Origin: Pocillopora damicornis
Lineage: Eukaryota
NCBI RefSeq assembly: GCF_003704095.1
Contig: NW_020847248.1
Location: 806,001-870,000 of the forward strand
Direction of reading: 5' to 3'
DNA length: 64,000 nucleotides
This document shows, piece by piece, positions 13,401 to 25,464 of the stretch. The notes beneath the pieces are model-generated. The model had not been told where the DNA came from, ran no database searches, and saw only the letters and a list, made by a program, of their open reading frames with translations. The stretch's first letter is position 1. Every line of letters begins with the position of its first letter. The position numbers were made by a program, and so were the translations under genes.

Positions 13401-16400
13401 CATGATTACGTAAGTAAACCACATTTTCCCACAATTTACGCAGTTGCTGTTACTCTACCTTGTCATTGGCCACTTGTGGTTGGCTATTGTGATAGTTACA
13501 GTAATCGCTCTGACGAATGGCTAACACTCGAAACGTCAGCCTTTAAACTCTCTGCGGTGGTCAATTTACGTTTTCAACTCATTTGTCAACACTAGATTAC
13601 CTGTTATACTCTCCCACCGACGCAGCACTAGTTTCTTTAGAAACGTAGCCCCTTTATTGTGATAGATAACTTTAGTTTTACGACGCTCAATCGAAAAGCA
13701 CTCTATTCATGGAATGACTGTCTGACGGATAATCTCGATCTTTCTTTATAACTAGAGGATACTTTTGGTCTTCGTCATTACTTTTTCTAAAAAATTCATA
13801 CTTGAGAATGTGGACACCTGTCAGACTCCTGATTAATATCCTGCAGTGTCCTTTTTCAGTTATGTAAAATTGTTTCACAATTTGCTAGGCTGACATCAAC
13901 CAGACAAACTTTCATGAACATCCCCGGTCAAAAGAGAAAAGATGGTCATGAGTCAAATCACGCCTAATCCTGGATATCTCAAACTTCCTTTTCTCTTAAA
14001 CTTGGTTCGAACCTGTTTTAAAGTTTCGTTCGAAACGTCATGTCTGTTATAGGAAGGGGTAATTATTGAATAACACTTTAAAATATGTACAAGAAAAAAA
14101 GAAACTTTGCACGTATCCTCAGTTGCTAAATTGTTTGGCTTATACAAAAATGGGTGACGGAACCTGCAGTGCTCAAAATTCTCCTTTAATACTGCCTAAG
14201 GTTATGCTGTTTTTTTGTTTTACCGGTTTATGTAATACTGCACGTAATTTCATGGTAGGGTGATTTCATTTATAATCGAAATTAGTCGAAAAGCCGTTGT
14301 AAAATGCGACTTTCTCATCCCTTTTTTAAACTTTGAAAATCCAAATTCGTGGAGGTTTGCATCTTTTTAAGCGAAAAAACAACAAGTTCGTCATCGTCAA
14401 AGAGTGCAATAATGGGCTGTTTGTTGATAAACTGAAAGATGATGCCGCGAAAAACAGTAAAATTAAAATTAGCATTTTGAGCAGGCTGTTTTTGTATTGA
14501 CGTAGGACAAGATACGTGTCAAAATTTCGTTTTAAAATGAATATGCGTGGTCGTAATTATTTAGTCAAGTTTTTGATAGTATGTATAGAGCACGTTGGTC
14601 TAGTAAGTTGATACTAAAACACCAACCACCGTCACTCGATTCAGCTTCGTTTTTGTAAGACAATGTTGAATGCCTCTGATCCAAATTACGATTTTTATCT
14701 GACGATAATCGTGGACAAAGCATACTGGTCGAGTTTGGCTGCAGCAGGATTCATTTTAGCGAGTATCATTATTATAGCAAATTCAGCCCTGCTCTTCACG
14801 ACATATAAAGATCCTCAAAAGTCGCTCCGAAAATTACCTGCGGTTTTACTGATCACAAATTTGAGCCTGTCTGATCTTCTGTTGGGGTCTTTGAATGTTT
14901 TCCTGGTTGCTTTGAGAGATGTGTTTCGATCTAGACTCGAACACATACCTCACATTGTGGTTTTTAAGTCGATCGTGTACACAGTGCTCTCTACGACTCT
15001 ATTTGTAAGCAGTTATTCCATTATCGCCATGTCAATAGCTTGTTACGTAGCGATCAACTCTCCCGTGGATTACAAATCAATTATTACAAAGGGAAGACTC
15101 AAGGTGTTTATCGCTGTATTATGGTTTGCATCCATCGCAATGTGTTCACTTCCTCTAACTCGCTTATCAGAGGAAACGTACACACTTATATACCTTCATA
15201 CTCACATTTCTCTGCCTGCCGTATTTTTAACGTTCATCTACGCCAACGTTTTCCTCTCTCTCGTTTCTCAAACGCGTGAACTTCAAACTGGTGGGTACGA
15301 TTCTGTCGCGAGGTACTCCTTAGAACGTGAGAGACGAATGGCCATTACTATTGCAATCATTCTAGCGTTGTTTTACATCACATATATTCCACAATACGTC
15401 ACTCTTCATTTGTTGTACTTTTGCAATCGCTGCCAGCAATCGGTAACTTTTCACAAGATCGACGTAGCGTCTTCCAGATTTTTGTACATAAATTCGGCCA
15501 TAAATCCCTTCATCTACGCTTGGAGAGTCTCCCAGTATCGCCGAGCGTTTTTACAAGTTTGGCAGAGTTTTTTCGGAACCTCAGGAGCTACTTCACAATC
15601 TTCATCGTCGCTCAACTCGACGCAGAGACGTACTGCTTTTAGTGCACACAGTCCAGGGATAGGGAGACCTTTGTATGGCAAGGCAAAGGCTGATTGTGAA
15701 AGATGTGGAACAACCAGCGTTTGAAATGCGAAAAGGGTAACATTCGTTAATCACTTATTGATGACAGATTTTAGGATGGAGTTGATTTACAGTAAAAAGT
15801 TCCCGTTTTTTCCAGCACTGTTTTAGTTCAATGATTGCCTAAGCGAGAAGGATATCGAACCCTGCTAGCTCGACACACCGAGAAGCTCGAGTTAGCAGAC
15901 TGAAAGTGAAAAAAAGTGTTCCTCAAAGGAATTGGCTTCAAGTTCGAGCTGGCGAAAGGTTCGAATTAACTGCTTTCAAGCCGTCTACCCTTGAAAGTTC
16001 GCTTTAACATATGAATTGTTAATGTAAATTATTAATGAAAAATTGCCAGCAAATTAAAATGATAAACAAACCAATTCATCTGTGTGAGCACTTGTGCTCT
16101 TTCTCACCTGAGTTAATTACGTATGTAAGTGCAAATGCGAACAGCTTCCAGGCTGTTACGTGCGCAGGTATCGGCTCAATTCCTTTTGAAATCTCGGTAG
16201 AATCTCACGATTGATGTTCACGCTTTTTGTTTTTTACTCTCTTTTTTCCGTAGATGGAATTCTCTTTTGTAATTGTAATGAAGTTGTAGTTTGGTGTGTC
16301 TGAATAAATTTGCCGTGTCGCGGTCTGTTCTTAACCAGTCTCGCTTTTTCAATTTCAAGACTCGAAAACTTGATTCGCAGCCGTTTTGATTGAGCTAAGT

Positions 16401-19400
16401 TTTTTAATCAGTTTGAAATCATTCTTATTTTTCCCTTGGAAATAGTATCTGTAGAATTAAACATCCTTGAAGTGCAGGACAAATATCTTAACTTACCGCC
16501 TCACCCGTACGATACAATTCTCTCTTGAGAGATTCATTCTGAGCTAGGACGTGCATTATGATTCTCGCACACAGTAAAGGGTCTTGCAAGTTTTCCCTTC
16601 AGCTTCTCGACTTTCCCTTTGTACTCATTGGAAGTCTTGATTACTTAACTTCAGATTTTACGACACGCAGTCGAAAAACGCGTGGGAGAGTTTTTCTGGT
16701 AGTGGTAAAATAAATTTTTATATTACAGACACATTAATGAGACACCAGTGACAGAGCAGGCATTCATTGAACAACTGCACGAGTTACACCACAAGATCGA
16801 CTTTGCAAAAGAGCAATCTTTTAAAGGGGCTCTCTCGGTCAATGATGTGGGACATATACTGGAGATGCTGAAAGGCAAGGTAATGTACCAGACGTGAAGT
16901 TCATTGTTTGTGGATTCATAGTACTGCCCGATCAGACAGTCGCACTCAAACGGCGTAAACCCATTTCATTTCTCATCGACCTTTGAACGTCGAAGGCTCA
17001 AGATCACCGATTCTCAGGTCTAACTATTTAAGCAAAGTTTGGCTGTTGTTTAACAGATCCGCGTCCTATACAATTCTTAATTTAGCTGAACCTTTTATCT
17101 GAACCTTTAAATTTGTGAACAACGAATAAATCAACTCTCGTGTAGAGAAAGCCTGAGCTAGGCCCACCGATTACGTAAAACCGTGGTGTAGGTTAGACCT
17201 TGAGTGAATAACCGGGCCTCAGGGTTTGGTTATTCTCTGAAACTCTTTTTTGCGAGTTCGCGACCCATTTCTTGGGACTTCCATCCGTCGTTTTAGGCCC
17301 AAATGTATGATATTCCAAACGGATTCATGATTCCCTTCAGTACTTACTTTCAAAAGATCCTAATTAAGACTAATAACAGGTTAATTAGTGTAAGTATCTG
17401 ATACATGATCTCTTTTGAGAGCAATACCTAGAGTGTAATGACATGCAAATATCCTCCTTTGTTTTATAACCAATTTCTCAAGCGTTATTGTAAAACTGTA
17501 CCATGAATTTACTGTTCTATTCATTTCCAGGCAGTGCACAAGATACGAGACTATGTGTTGCAGAGGATATATCAATTTCGTCGCCCGATGACTAATTATC
17601 AGATTCCACAAAATGCCTTACTCAAATTTAGGTATTTAATTTTTTTCGGTTTAATATTATGTCGGGACTGTTTTGAACTGAGCGTCAAATCTACGTATTT
17701 GTTTTACTTTTCATCGCTCAGGTACTAATGTAAAAACCTCGCTCCATTTTCTCGCCAATTAATGACACGGGAAAGCAAAACTCGTGGAAATCGAGGGAGG
17801 AAGAGACAGCCTAACTTTTAGTTATAAGCTTAGAATTAACATCAAGTAGAGAAAATTTAAAGAAAAGCTCACCTTGTCTAAATGGTGATTTGGTTTTAAT
17901 CAATTGAGTTGATAATGTAAATTGGCTACCGTAAAGAGTTTCTAAAGCTTACGATTCCAGCATGTACGCTTCGTCTTTCGCTCTGACGAAGGGCTAATGC
18001 TCGAGACGTCAGCTTCAGAAACTCTTTACAGTGGCCAATTTACGTTAAAACAAACTATCTTGCAATACCCTCCACCAACACTGAACTAAAATTAATTTAG
18101 AAAGTTACCCCATTCCCTCTGAATAGTGCTTGAGTGACAGATGCCGACTGAAGCTTGTTCATTTTCTTATCGTTGCCAGGTATTTTAATGAATTTCTTAC
18201 GGCGCATCATCGTCAAGTTGCGAGGGAAATAAAGGATGAGTACATCGACACCATGAGCAAGATTTATTTCTCATATTTTAAAACGTACATTTCCAAACTT
18301 CTCAAGCTGCAGGTGAGCAAATATCACCTTTTCTTGGTTGATTTCCGTCCCATTTTTTTTTTGCAAGCACGCGAAAATTTTCCCATCGGTGGGATCACAC
18401 AACACAACTTTCCGTGCTCATGGGGTCAAGTTGTTCTGTAACAAAGGACTCGCCAAGTTCTGAATCCGTCTCGCCAATATTATCTTATGTCACTCTGGAT
18501 TAAAAAAATATCCCCTGTTTTTCTTTATGACTGCAAGAATTTCAAGTTGACGCGTAACCTTTAAGCCAACATAGTGTCCATTTTTTCATTTGTGCATTTA
18601 TCATTGTACTTTTTATTCTCAGTTCGAAGAACAGGCGGATAGAGACGACCTTATGGGAATTGAGGATAACGCTAAGAGAGATATCCTTTTCTAAATGAAC
18701 ATGTAATTCAGTTTTTTTTAGTTGTATTGGTGTAATTTGTGATGGCATTGTGAATATGACTTAATGGGACAGAAGGATACTTAGGGGCCATCAAAACCTT
18801 TCAACTGGGATCTTATTCAATTTTATAAGTGTAGCATTATCAGCTGAACCGGATTTTTCCTTAATTCTTTTTAAGTATTTTCTCTGGAAGAGTTGCTTTA
18901 AAGAATCGTTCCACAATTTTTACTCTAGGAAGCCGTGGCAGTGTTTTAACATCAGAGTTAGAAGAACCCGTGATCGTGCCTCATGCGGCGCAAAAGAGCG
19001 AAAAGAAGGTGAGAGAGTCAATGGCCACACTGAAACAGAATGTCTACTGTTAAAAAGCTTTCATTTACTTCATCATTTGCTTAAAATTTGCTATTTGTTG
19101 ACCATCGCATAATAAAAAAAAACTATTGGAATTTTTTTGCAGAAGTAACTTGTTATCTCGAATTCTGATTTAGCCGAGGCGGGTTGATTTCCACTACACT
19201 AATATATTTTGCACTGGGTTGTGTGGTTATTGACGCGTCTTGTTGTCTTACACTTACTGTCAATTTATTTCGGGGGAAATGTAGTGTAATTGTTTGAGCT
19301 TTACCCATGATGATGGAGAGTATTTCGAACCGTTTGTTAATCTCTTCTTTTTACAGCACTCCTTTGAAAGTCTGTTTCGCAGCATGCACTTTGCTTTACT

Positions 19401-22400
19401 GGATAACAGCTGCCGTGAATACCTATTCCTAGCTGACTTTTTCATGGTACAGAAAAACTCAGCAAGAGATCTGTTTACCGCTGTGTTCGGCAAAACATTA
19501 TCCTTATTTCTGGTAAGTTATGTCATAGAGGTTTGTTTCAAAGAGATCTTTTGAGAGACATAAAATGAAATCGGCGAAGGTGCTTTCAGTTTTCCCATTG
19601 TTGTCAAGTCGTTACAGTGACTGTTAACAAAGGTGTTGTGTCTTTAAAGAGACCGAAACGTTTTAATTTTTTTATTATTATCATTATTTTGCCACTGTTT
19701 TTTCCCTGCTAAAATATTTTTCAGAGAGTGGGCTGAAGTACTTACTAATTTTGTTTGCCTTTGTTTTCCAAATCAGAAACAAATGGACACATATTTAGAG
19801 AGCTGTTTTGACGCTATTGGAATCTTCCTGTGTATACACATTGTACACCGATACAGAATACTGATGCACAAGAGAAGCGTCCCGGCTCTGGACAAGTAAG
19901 TGATTATCAACCAGGAAAGAGTACCGGGATTAACCCCTTAAGTCCCAAGATTTGATTGTTAATTCTTCCCTCTAACTGCAACACATCTCCTTGTAAATCC
20001 GCAGTTACGAGAATTTGGTGTTGGATCAAGATAACAACTTCCACCCGATTAGTTTGAATATTCTCATTACCTGTGTACAGGATAATGTTTGGATATTGTA
20101 GGGAGAAGTTACATGCTAATCACTTTTGGGAGTTAAAGGGGTTAACATAAAGTTTGCTTTGTCATCAGCCAAACAGTTCAACCACGTAATAGTTGTTCAT
20201 AAGAAGTCTACGTTGTAATCATATGTAATATTTTGTGGCTATCCTCACCAGGTATTGGGACACAGTGCTGGAAATGTCATGGCCACGTTTCACGTACGTA
20301 GTAGAGTTAAATGTTGACAGTGTCCGTAACACAGATCCTCAAAGACTTGGAGTGATCGACATCAGACCACATTACGTAAGCACTGCTTCTAACTATTCTT
20401 TGCATTTTTACCGGCTTCGTAGAACACCGTGTAACAAAAAAAGTTTATATACTCTCGCGTTACGTATGATAATGTTCATCTCTTTCATACGTGACTTGAG
20501 CCAAACGCGTGACATGCACAGATTTTTATATGAAAGTCTTGAAGTGTAGTACTAAATTGTTTGTAGAAAGTAATCTTGATTTCTTCAAGGTAATTTAGTG
20601 TAATCAAATGAGTTGATAACGTAAATTGGCCACCGTAAAGACTTTAAAGGCTGGCGTTTCAAGCGTTGGCCCTTCGTCAGAGCGATCGTATCGTTAATCA
20701 GTGTAATCACTTGATTACACTAAATTACCCTGTTACACTCTCCCACCAACACATCACCACAGTCTCTTTAGAAACTTAGCCCCTTTATTTATTTATCTTG
20801 ATTTATTCAGTTTTCTTCAAATGTGTTTTTTTTAGATAACCCGTCGATATGCAGAGTTTTCTGCCGCGATTGTCAGCTTGAATGAAAGTTTTCCAGATGA
20901 GAAGGTTAGAATAATTAAATTTAATTCACTTACTGTGACCTCTTTCTTAATTTTATTTTGTACTTTAGGTGAAAAATTTCCTGTGGTAATCTCCTCTATT
21001 AACCAATTTTTTTTCAAGGTAAACAAAGTCCTTGCAGCTTTACAAGTCGAGGTCGAGAACTTCATTTTGCGCATGGCCGCCGAGTTTCCTTTAAGGAAAG
21101 AACAGCTTATTTTCCTAATCAACAACTACGATATGATGCTGGCTGTTTTACTGGTATGTTTTACACAAGAACACCCGATTTAAACTACTATGAATAGTAA
21201 ATGCCCGACGGTATGGCCAACTAATAAGATCTAGAAAATGTGAGGGTTGAATTCTTTTCGGGGTCATTTTTTCTTGGTTGGCTGTGTGAATTTTGTTGTG
21301 CTTGTTTGTTTGTTTTTTTGTTTGTTTTGGAGTGCAATAAATGCACACTCTGTTGTGCCAACATTTTATCTGTTCTCTTTTTCAGGAGAGAACATCTGAA
21401 GACTCCAAAGAGGTGGAAAGTTTTCAGCAGTTACTCACGGCCAGAATTCAGGAGTTTGTTGAAGAGGTATGACCTGACTCTGTTCTTATAGTGTAGAGAA
21501 ATTTGACTCAGTGATTTTCATTAAATTAGTCTCGTGATTTTCATGACTGCTTTTTTGTCTTTAATTTGTCCCTAGAAGTGCAAGCCTTTGATTGAGAATG
21601 AAAATAATTTTAAATTACTTTTCTGTGTGTAGGCTCTCTCTCCCGCTTTTGGTGGAATGGTTGCCTTCGTTAAAGAGACAGAGCCTCTTTTGGAACGAGG
21701 ACAAGGACAAGTTATCAGGCCAGATGAAAGTATGTCGGCTGTTCAGTATTTGCTTCGCTGATATATTCTTTATTTATGTACTCATTTCTATTTTGTGTAC
21801 TGTAAAAGCCGAAAATCTCTTGGCTCTAATGGTGACTTTTGTTGTGGTTTTCAAAACGTCAGCGGGCGTCACCACCCACAATTGCTTCCAGGGCCACTCT
21901 TACACTGTGGGACACACCACACAACGAGTTGTATGTCTTCGGCCTGTTACTGATTTCTTGTTTCCATTTAGAACGCATTCAACAACTTGTGCGTGGTTTC
22001 GCATCGGACTGGAAAAGGTCAATTGAAAATATAAATCAAGAGATAATGAGATCGTTCTCCAACTTCAAGAATGGTACAACAATTCTGCAGGTATCACGTT
22101 CACAAAGAGTAGCTACTCGCAAAGTGAATTAAGTCTTCGGTATTTAAATAACCCCTTGGGTGAGGCCAAGCACAAACTATTAGTTTGGTGAGAAACACAA
22201 GTTGCGAAGAAAAGTTCAAATGGACAGAGAAAGATATCCCCATGAGATGGACTTGCTCTCGGCTTCACAGACCCCAAATGTAATGCTTTGTTCAGCTAGT
22301 GGCATGTTATGTAATTAGCCTTTGATGCAGACTCTAGCTCGTCCTCATAACAATTCTGTTTTATATTTCCTAGGCTGCTCTAACACAACTGATCCAGTAT

Positions 22401-22520
22401 TATCACAGATTTCAAAAAATTTTATCTCAACATCCTTTTAAAAGGCTTCCGATCCGGAGTGAACTGATTAACATTCATCATGTGATGGTGGAGGTCAAAA
22501 AACACAAAACAACGTTTTGA
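10420..22520 (+). CDS. VPS52: Vacuolar protein sorting 52 (GARP/EARP subunit), ~22 coding exons
   Basis: Spliced exons give LGELDLTSQDEFILDEVD, YIKESENIASLHNQI, RRPMTNYQIPQNALLKFR, FESLFRSMHFALLDNSCREYLF, DPQRLGVIDIRPHYITRRYAEFS, EQLIFLINNYDMML, SFSNFKNGTTILQ and ELINIHHVMVEVKKHKTTF*, all colinear with known VPS52. Confidence 0.96.
11356..11527 (+). other. U12-type (minor spliceosome) GT-AG intron in VPS52
   Basis: 5' site GTATCCTAC; branch-like TACTTGAC ~12 nt upstream of AAG acceptor; joins ASILD/Y-IKESE in frame. Confidence 0.75.
11959..12167. mobile_element. piggyBac-like MITE
   Basis: TTAAACCTTTAACTCCC ... GGGAGTTAAAGGGTTAA termini. Confidence 0.75.
13506..13660 (+). mobile_element. 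Short Penelope-related repeat carrying a degenerate minimal type I hammerhead motif
   Basis: CGCT-CTGACGA-ATGGCTAACACTC-GAAA-CGTC-AGC; flanks are shared with 17903-18115 and 20587-20790. Confidence 0.65.
14663..15724 (+). CDS. Intronless class A (rhodopsin-like) orphan GPCR nested in VPS52 intron 13410-16728
   Basis: 353 aa with seven hydrophobic segments; TM2 NLSLSDLL, TM3 end IACYVAI (DRY position), TM6 FYITYIP, TM7 NSAINPFIYAWR; N-terminal NAS sequon. Confidence 0.9.
   Translation: MLNASDPNYDFYLTIIVDKAYWSSLAAAGFILASIIIIANSALLFTTYKDPQKSLRKLPAVLLITNLSLSDLLLGSLNVFLVALRDVFRSRLEHIPHIVVFKSIVYTVLSTTLFVSSYSIIAMSIACYVAINSPVDYKSIITKGRLKVFIAVLWFASIAMCSLPLTRLSEETYTLIYLHTHISLPAVFLTFIYANVFLSLVSQTRELQTGGYDSVARYSLERERRMAITIAIILALFYITYIPQYVTLHLLYFCNRCQQSVTFHKIDVASSRFLYINSAINPFIYAWRVSQYRRAFLQVWQSFFGTSGATSQSSSSLNSTQRRTAFSAHSPGIGRPLYGKAKADCERCGTTSV
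17903..18115 (+). mobile_element. Hammerhead-motif short repeat with an inverted partial copy in front
   Basis: Core CGCTCTGACGAAGGGCTAATGCTCGAGACGTCAGC at 17979-18013; 17905-17975 is a degenerate reverse complement of the downstream part. Confidence 0.65.
18681..18874 (+). other. U12-type intron with AT-AA termini in VPS52
   Basis: 5' site ATATCCTTTT; branch TTCCTTAAT at 18857-18865; only the ...TTAA|GT acceptor restores NAKR-G-IFSGRVALKNRSTIFTLG. Confidence 0.75.
19930..20146. mobile_element. piggyBac-like MITE
   Basis: TTAACCCCTTAAGTCCC ... GGGAGTTAAAGGGGTTAA; TTAA at both ends. Confidence 0.8.
20587..20790 (-). mobile_element. Hammerhead-motif short repeat (core on the minus strand, 20650-20684)
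   Basis: Reverse complement reads CGCT-CTGACGA-AGGGCCAACGCTT-GAAA-CGCC-AGC. Confidence 0.6.
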
Positions 22521-23687
22521 ATAATTAACAAGGCTTCTGAACAAAACATCCAAGCTCCTTCTCTAGTTTTCTTGCCAGTGAAGGGATATCGGACTACAGT
22601 AGTCATACTACGATAAGCTACAAACAGTTTTACAATCAGCCACGACAAAAGCATCTAGAAAACTTGTTCTGGTACTTTAAACCACATGAGGGTTTTTGTG
22701 TTCAAACGTCGAACTTTCAGCAACCCGAAACTTATACCTTGATTAAAAGCATGAGAGGTTGTTTGTTTGAATAAATTAAGCGCGGCGTTTTAAATTGCAA
22801 CGTTTGAGCCGTATTTCCTTTTTAGTTCAGCTGCGAATTTCGATTTTTGAATAGGTCTGGTTCCAGAATATTTCATGTTGAAAACCCTATGCGTAATCCA
22901 AAAGAACAGACATTTGTAAGGTCAAACGTTCTCACTTTCAAGAAAGTCCAACACTTTAAAAATTTTGTGTTCCCATTCTTGGCTAAGTTTGAAAACTTCT
23001 CTCAGAAATGATATGCGTGATGGTTAGAAATTGGGTCCACAATTTAGTGACAAATTTAGATTGAATAAAGGGCAATTAAGCATGTTAAAGATCGTTGACG
23101 TACAATGTCTTAGAGAGGTCTGATATCATGCCAAGTGAAAACCATAGTAAGTAAATAAAATCTTTGAAAATGAGTTTAACAGACATGTTATGTTCTGAAT
23201 AATAACAGAACTGCAACTCACCTACAAAGTAACAGCGTTTCCTTCGGTTTTTTGTCATTACTTTTATCATTGATATTGGTTTTACTGTCGTTTTTGTTGT
23301 TATTCGGAACGTGTCGCGTTACGGCAAGAGTTCGTAACATTGTTAAAGCCGAAAATGTTGATGACGTGGCGAGTTCGTAGAAATCGAGCAGTGTATTTCC
23401 TGTTTTTACGGACAGAGCTTCGTCGTTGATGAGAACTGACACGAGGTTTCATAGGAAATCGGGAACCTTTTTATTTCCATAATAGGGAAACGGTGTAAAG
23501 AATCGCTTTTGAATTTATTTCTCAAGGTAAGACAAAGTAAGGCTGGCCAAAACGGAAGTAAACGAAGTTAATGTAGTATTACTAAGCATTGAGATAGTTA
23601 TTCGATTTTATTCGTGAGCTTGCAAATTTGTATTGTCTAATTCTGATTGAATTGCAATCTTTCGTGAGTAGACTGCACGCTTATAAA

Positions 23688-24381
23688 CGAAAGTGTAGGG
23701 AGAAACACCAGACATAGTCGAGTGTTTCAGACTAAAAAAGGCTTCAGGCGAAAGAGTTAAATTAATAAGTTTGTAAACTATTGCGGAATGTGAACTTTGA
23801 TGGTTTTTGAACTTTGATGGTTTGACATTTTTGACAGACGTAGTCGGGTGTTTCTCCCCACTTCTTTCGTACCCTAGCCGCTTCCTAGGTGCTTTAAAAC
23901 AGAACTGAGCACAGTCAAGGCTCCTCTATTTGTTTGATAATAGAGAATCCGTTAAATTCCCCACGCATTACTTTCAATTTTCAAACCAAAGTTTATTTCC
24001 AAAGCGAACAACAGTGTCGTCAGCATGCTCTATACTCTCATTAATCAAAACTATAACAAACTTCTCGAACGTCATTAGTTATCACCAGCCCGATTGATTT
24101 CAGCAGTAATAGGACCGGTACACGTCAAACTTGTAATTGGACAGTAATAGAACAGTTTAAGGGAAAGTTGACTCGTCATGCCTACGTAAGTGGACAGAAC
24201 GCGTCATGAGCGCGAGCTGTTGTCTCGCATTTCGCCGAGTTAACTGCTGGTTTTTTTAGGAAAACGTACGACCAATGTCTAGTTTTTTTCTCAAATTTTG
24301 TCATAGTTTTGATTAACTGGTAACAGTACTTCGTGTCGTCCAATTCTGTCTGTAATCATACTCGTGATTAACAAATCGGAC
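23688..24381. repeat. Cluster of short inverted-repeat (MITE-like) elements ending at an assembly gap
   Basis: IR pairs GAAAGTGTAGGGAGAAACACC / GGTGTTTCTCCCCACTTCTTTC (23689-23868) and TTAATCAAAACTATAACAAA / TTTGTCATAGTTTTGATTAA (24041-24316). Confidence 0.55.
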
Positions 24382-24482
24382 NNNNNNNNNNNNNNNNNNN
24401 NNNNNNNNNNNNNNNNNNNNNNNNNNNNNNNNNNNNNNNNNNNNNNNNNNNNNNNNNNNNNNNNNNNNNNNNNNNNNNNNNT

Positions 24483-24957
24483 TGTCCCATTAAGCCACAT
24501 TCACAATGCCATCACAAATTACACCAATACAGCTGAAAAATTACATGTTCATTTGGAAAAGGATATCTCTCGTTGCGTTCCCATAAGGTCGTCTCTATCC
24601 GCCCGTTCTTCAAACTGAGAAAAAAATATTACAATGATAAATGCACAAATGAAATAATTCTTGCGGTTATAACGAAAAACGGGAAATATCTTTTAATCCA
24701 GAGTGACATGAGATAATATTGGCGAGAAGGATTCAAAACTTGGCGAGTCCTTTGTTACAGAATAACTTGACCCCTTGAGCACGGAAAGTTGTGTTATGCG
24801 ATCCAAGCTGCTTCACTGATGGGAAAATTTTCGCGTGCTTGCAAAAAAAATGGGCAGGAAATCAACCAAGAAAAGGTGATATTTGCTCACCTGTAGCTTG
24901 AGAAGTTTGGAAATGTACGTTTTAAAATATGAGAAATAAATCTTGCTCATGGTGTCG
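24483..24957 (-). pseudogene. Inverted duplicated VPS52 fragment (copy of ~18246-18770: parts of two exons plus introns)
   Basis: Reverse complement gives DTMSKIYFSYFKTYISKLLKLQ|gtgagc and FEERADRDDLMG (followed by a deletion) then ATATCCTTTT; intron sequence also matches. Confidence 0.9.
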
Positions 24958-25464
24958 CTGTTCAGCCTGCGAGCAGGCTCTGTGTTTGGGTTTCGCCTTA
25001 CAGCCCCTTTTTCCCTATTACGTCATCGGCAGCCGCTTATGGGAAAAATATTGAAACTCCGGCTTCTCATCGATAGGTCATTCAAACATGATATATTTCG
25101 TATATCATATGTGGTAATGGCCGTATCTCACATTAAATCACTTGTCTGTCATTTTGAGAATATTCTTTTGTAATTTTGCTGGACCAAGTATTTAGATAAA
25201 AAGGTCGTTTTCTGCTTACCCGTTCCAGTCTCCTTAAAAATGTTCCTGAAATAAGATAATGACACAAGCGACAGCAAATCAAGACTAGGCATTCACTAAA
25301 AAAAAATTGGGACGAACTAGAAAAAAATGACTGAAGGACAGAAAAAGCTTGTTAGAGTTTAAATGTTACAGTGGTGACAACTTTTTTTAATACAGACTCG
25401 ACAATAGAGCTGTCGCTGTAATTTATAATTAGGTCAAAGATCTCCTCTAATCGTTTTTCTGTAG

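Noticed and set aside
23330-23560. Possible promoter/first exon (AAG|GTAAGA donor, CGGAAGT ETS-like motif) after VPS52
   Set aside because: No linked downstream exon or ORF can be supported from the sequence.
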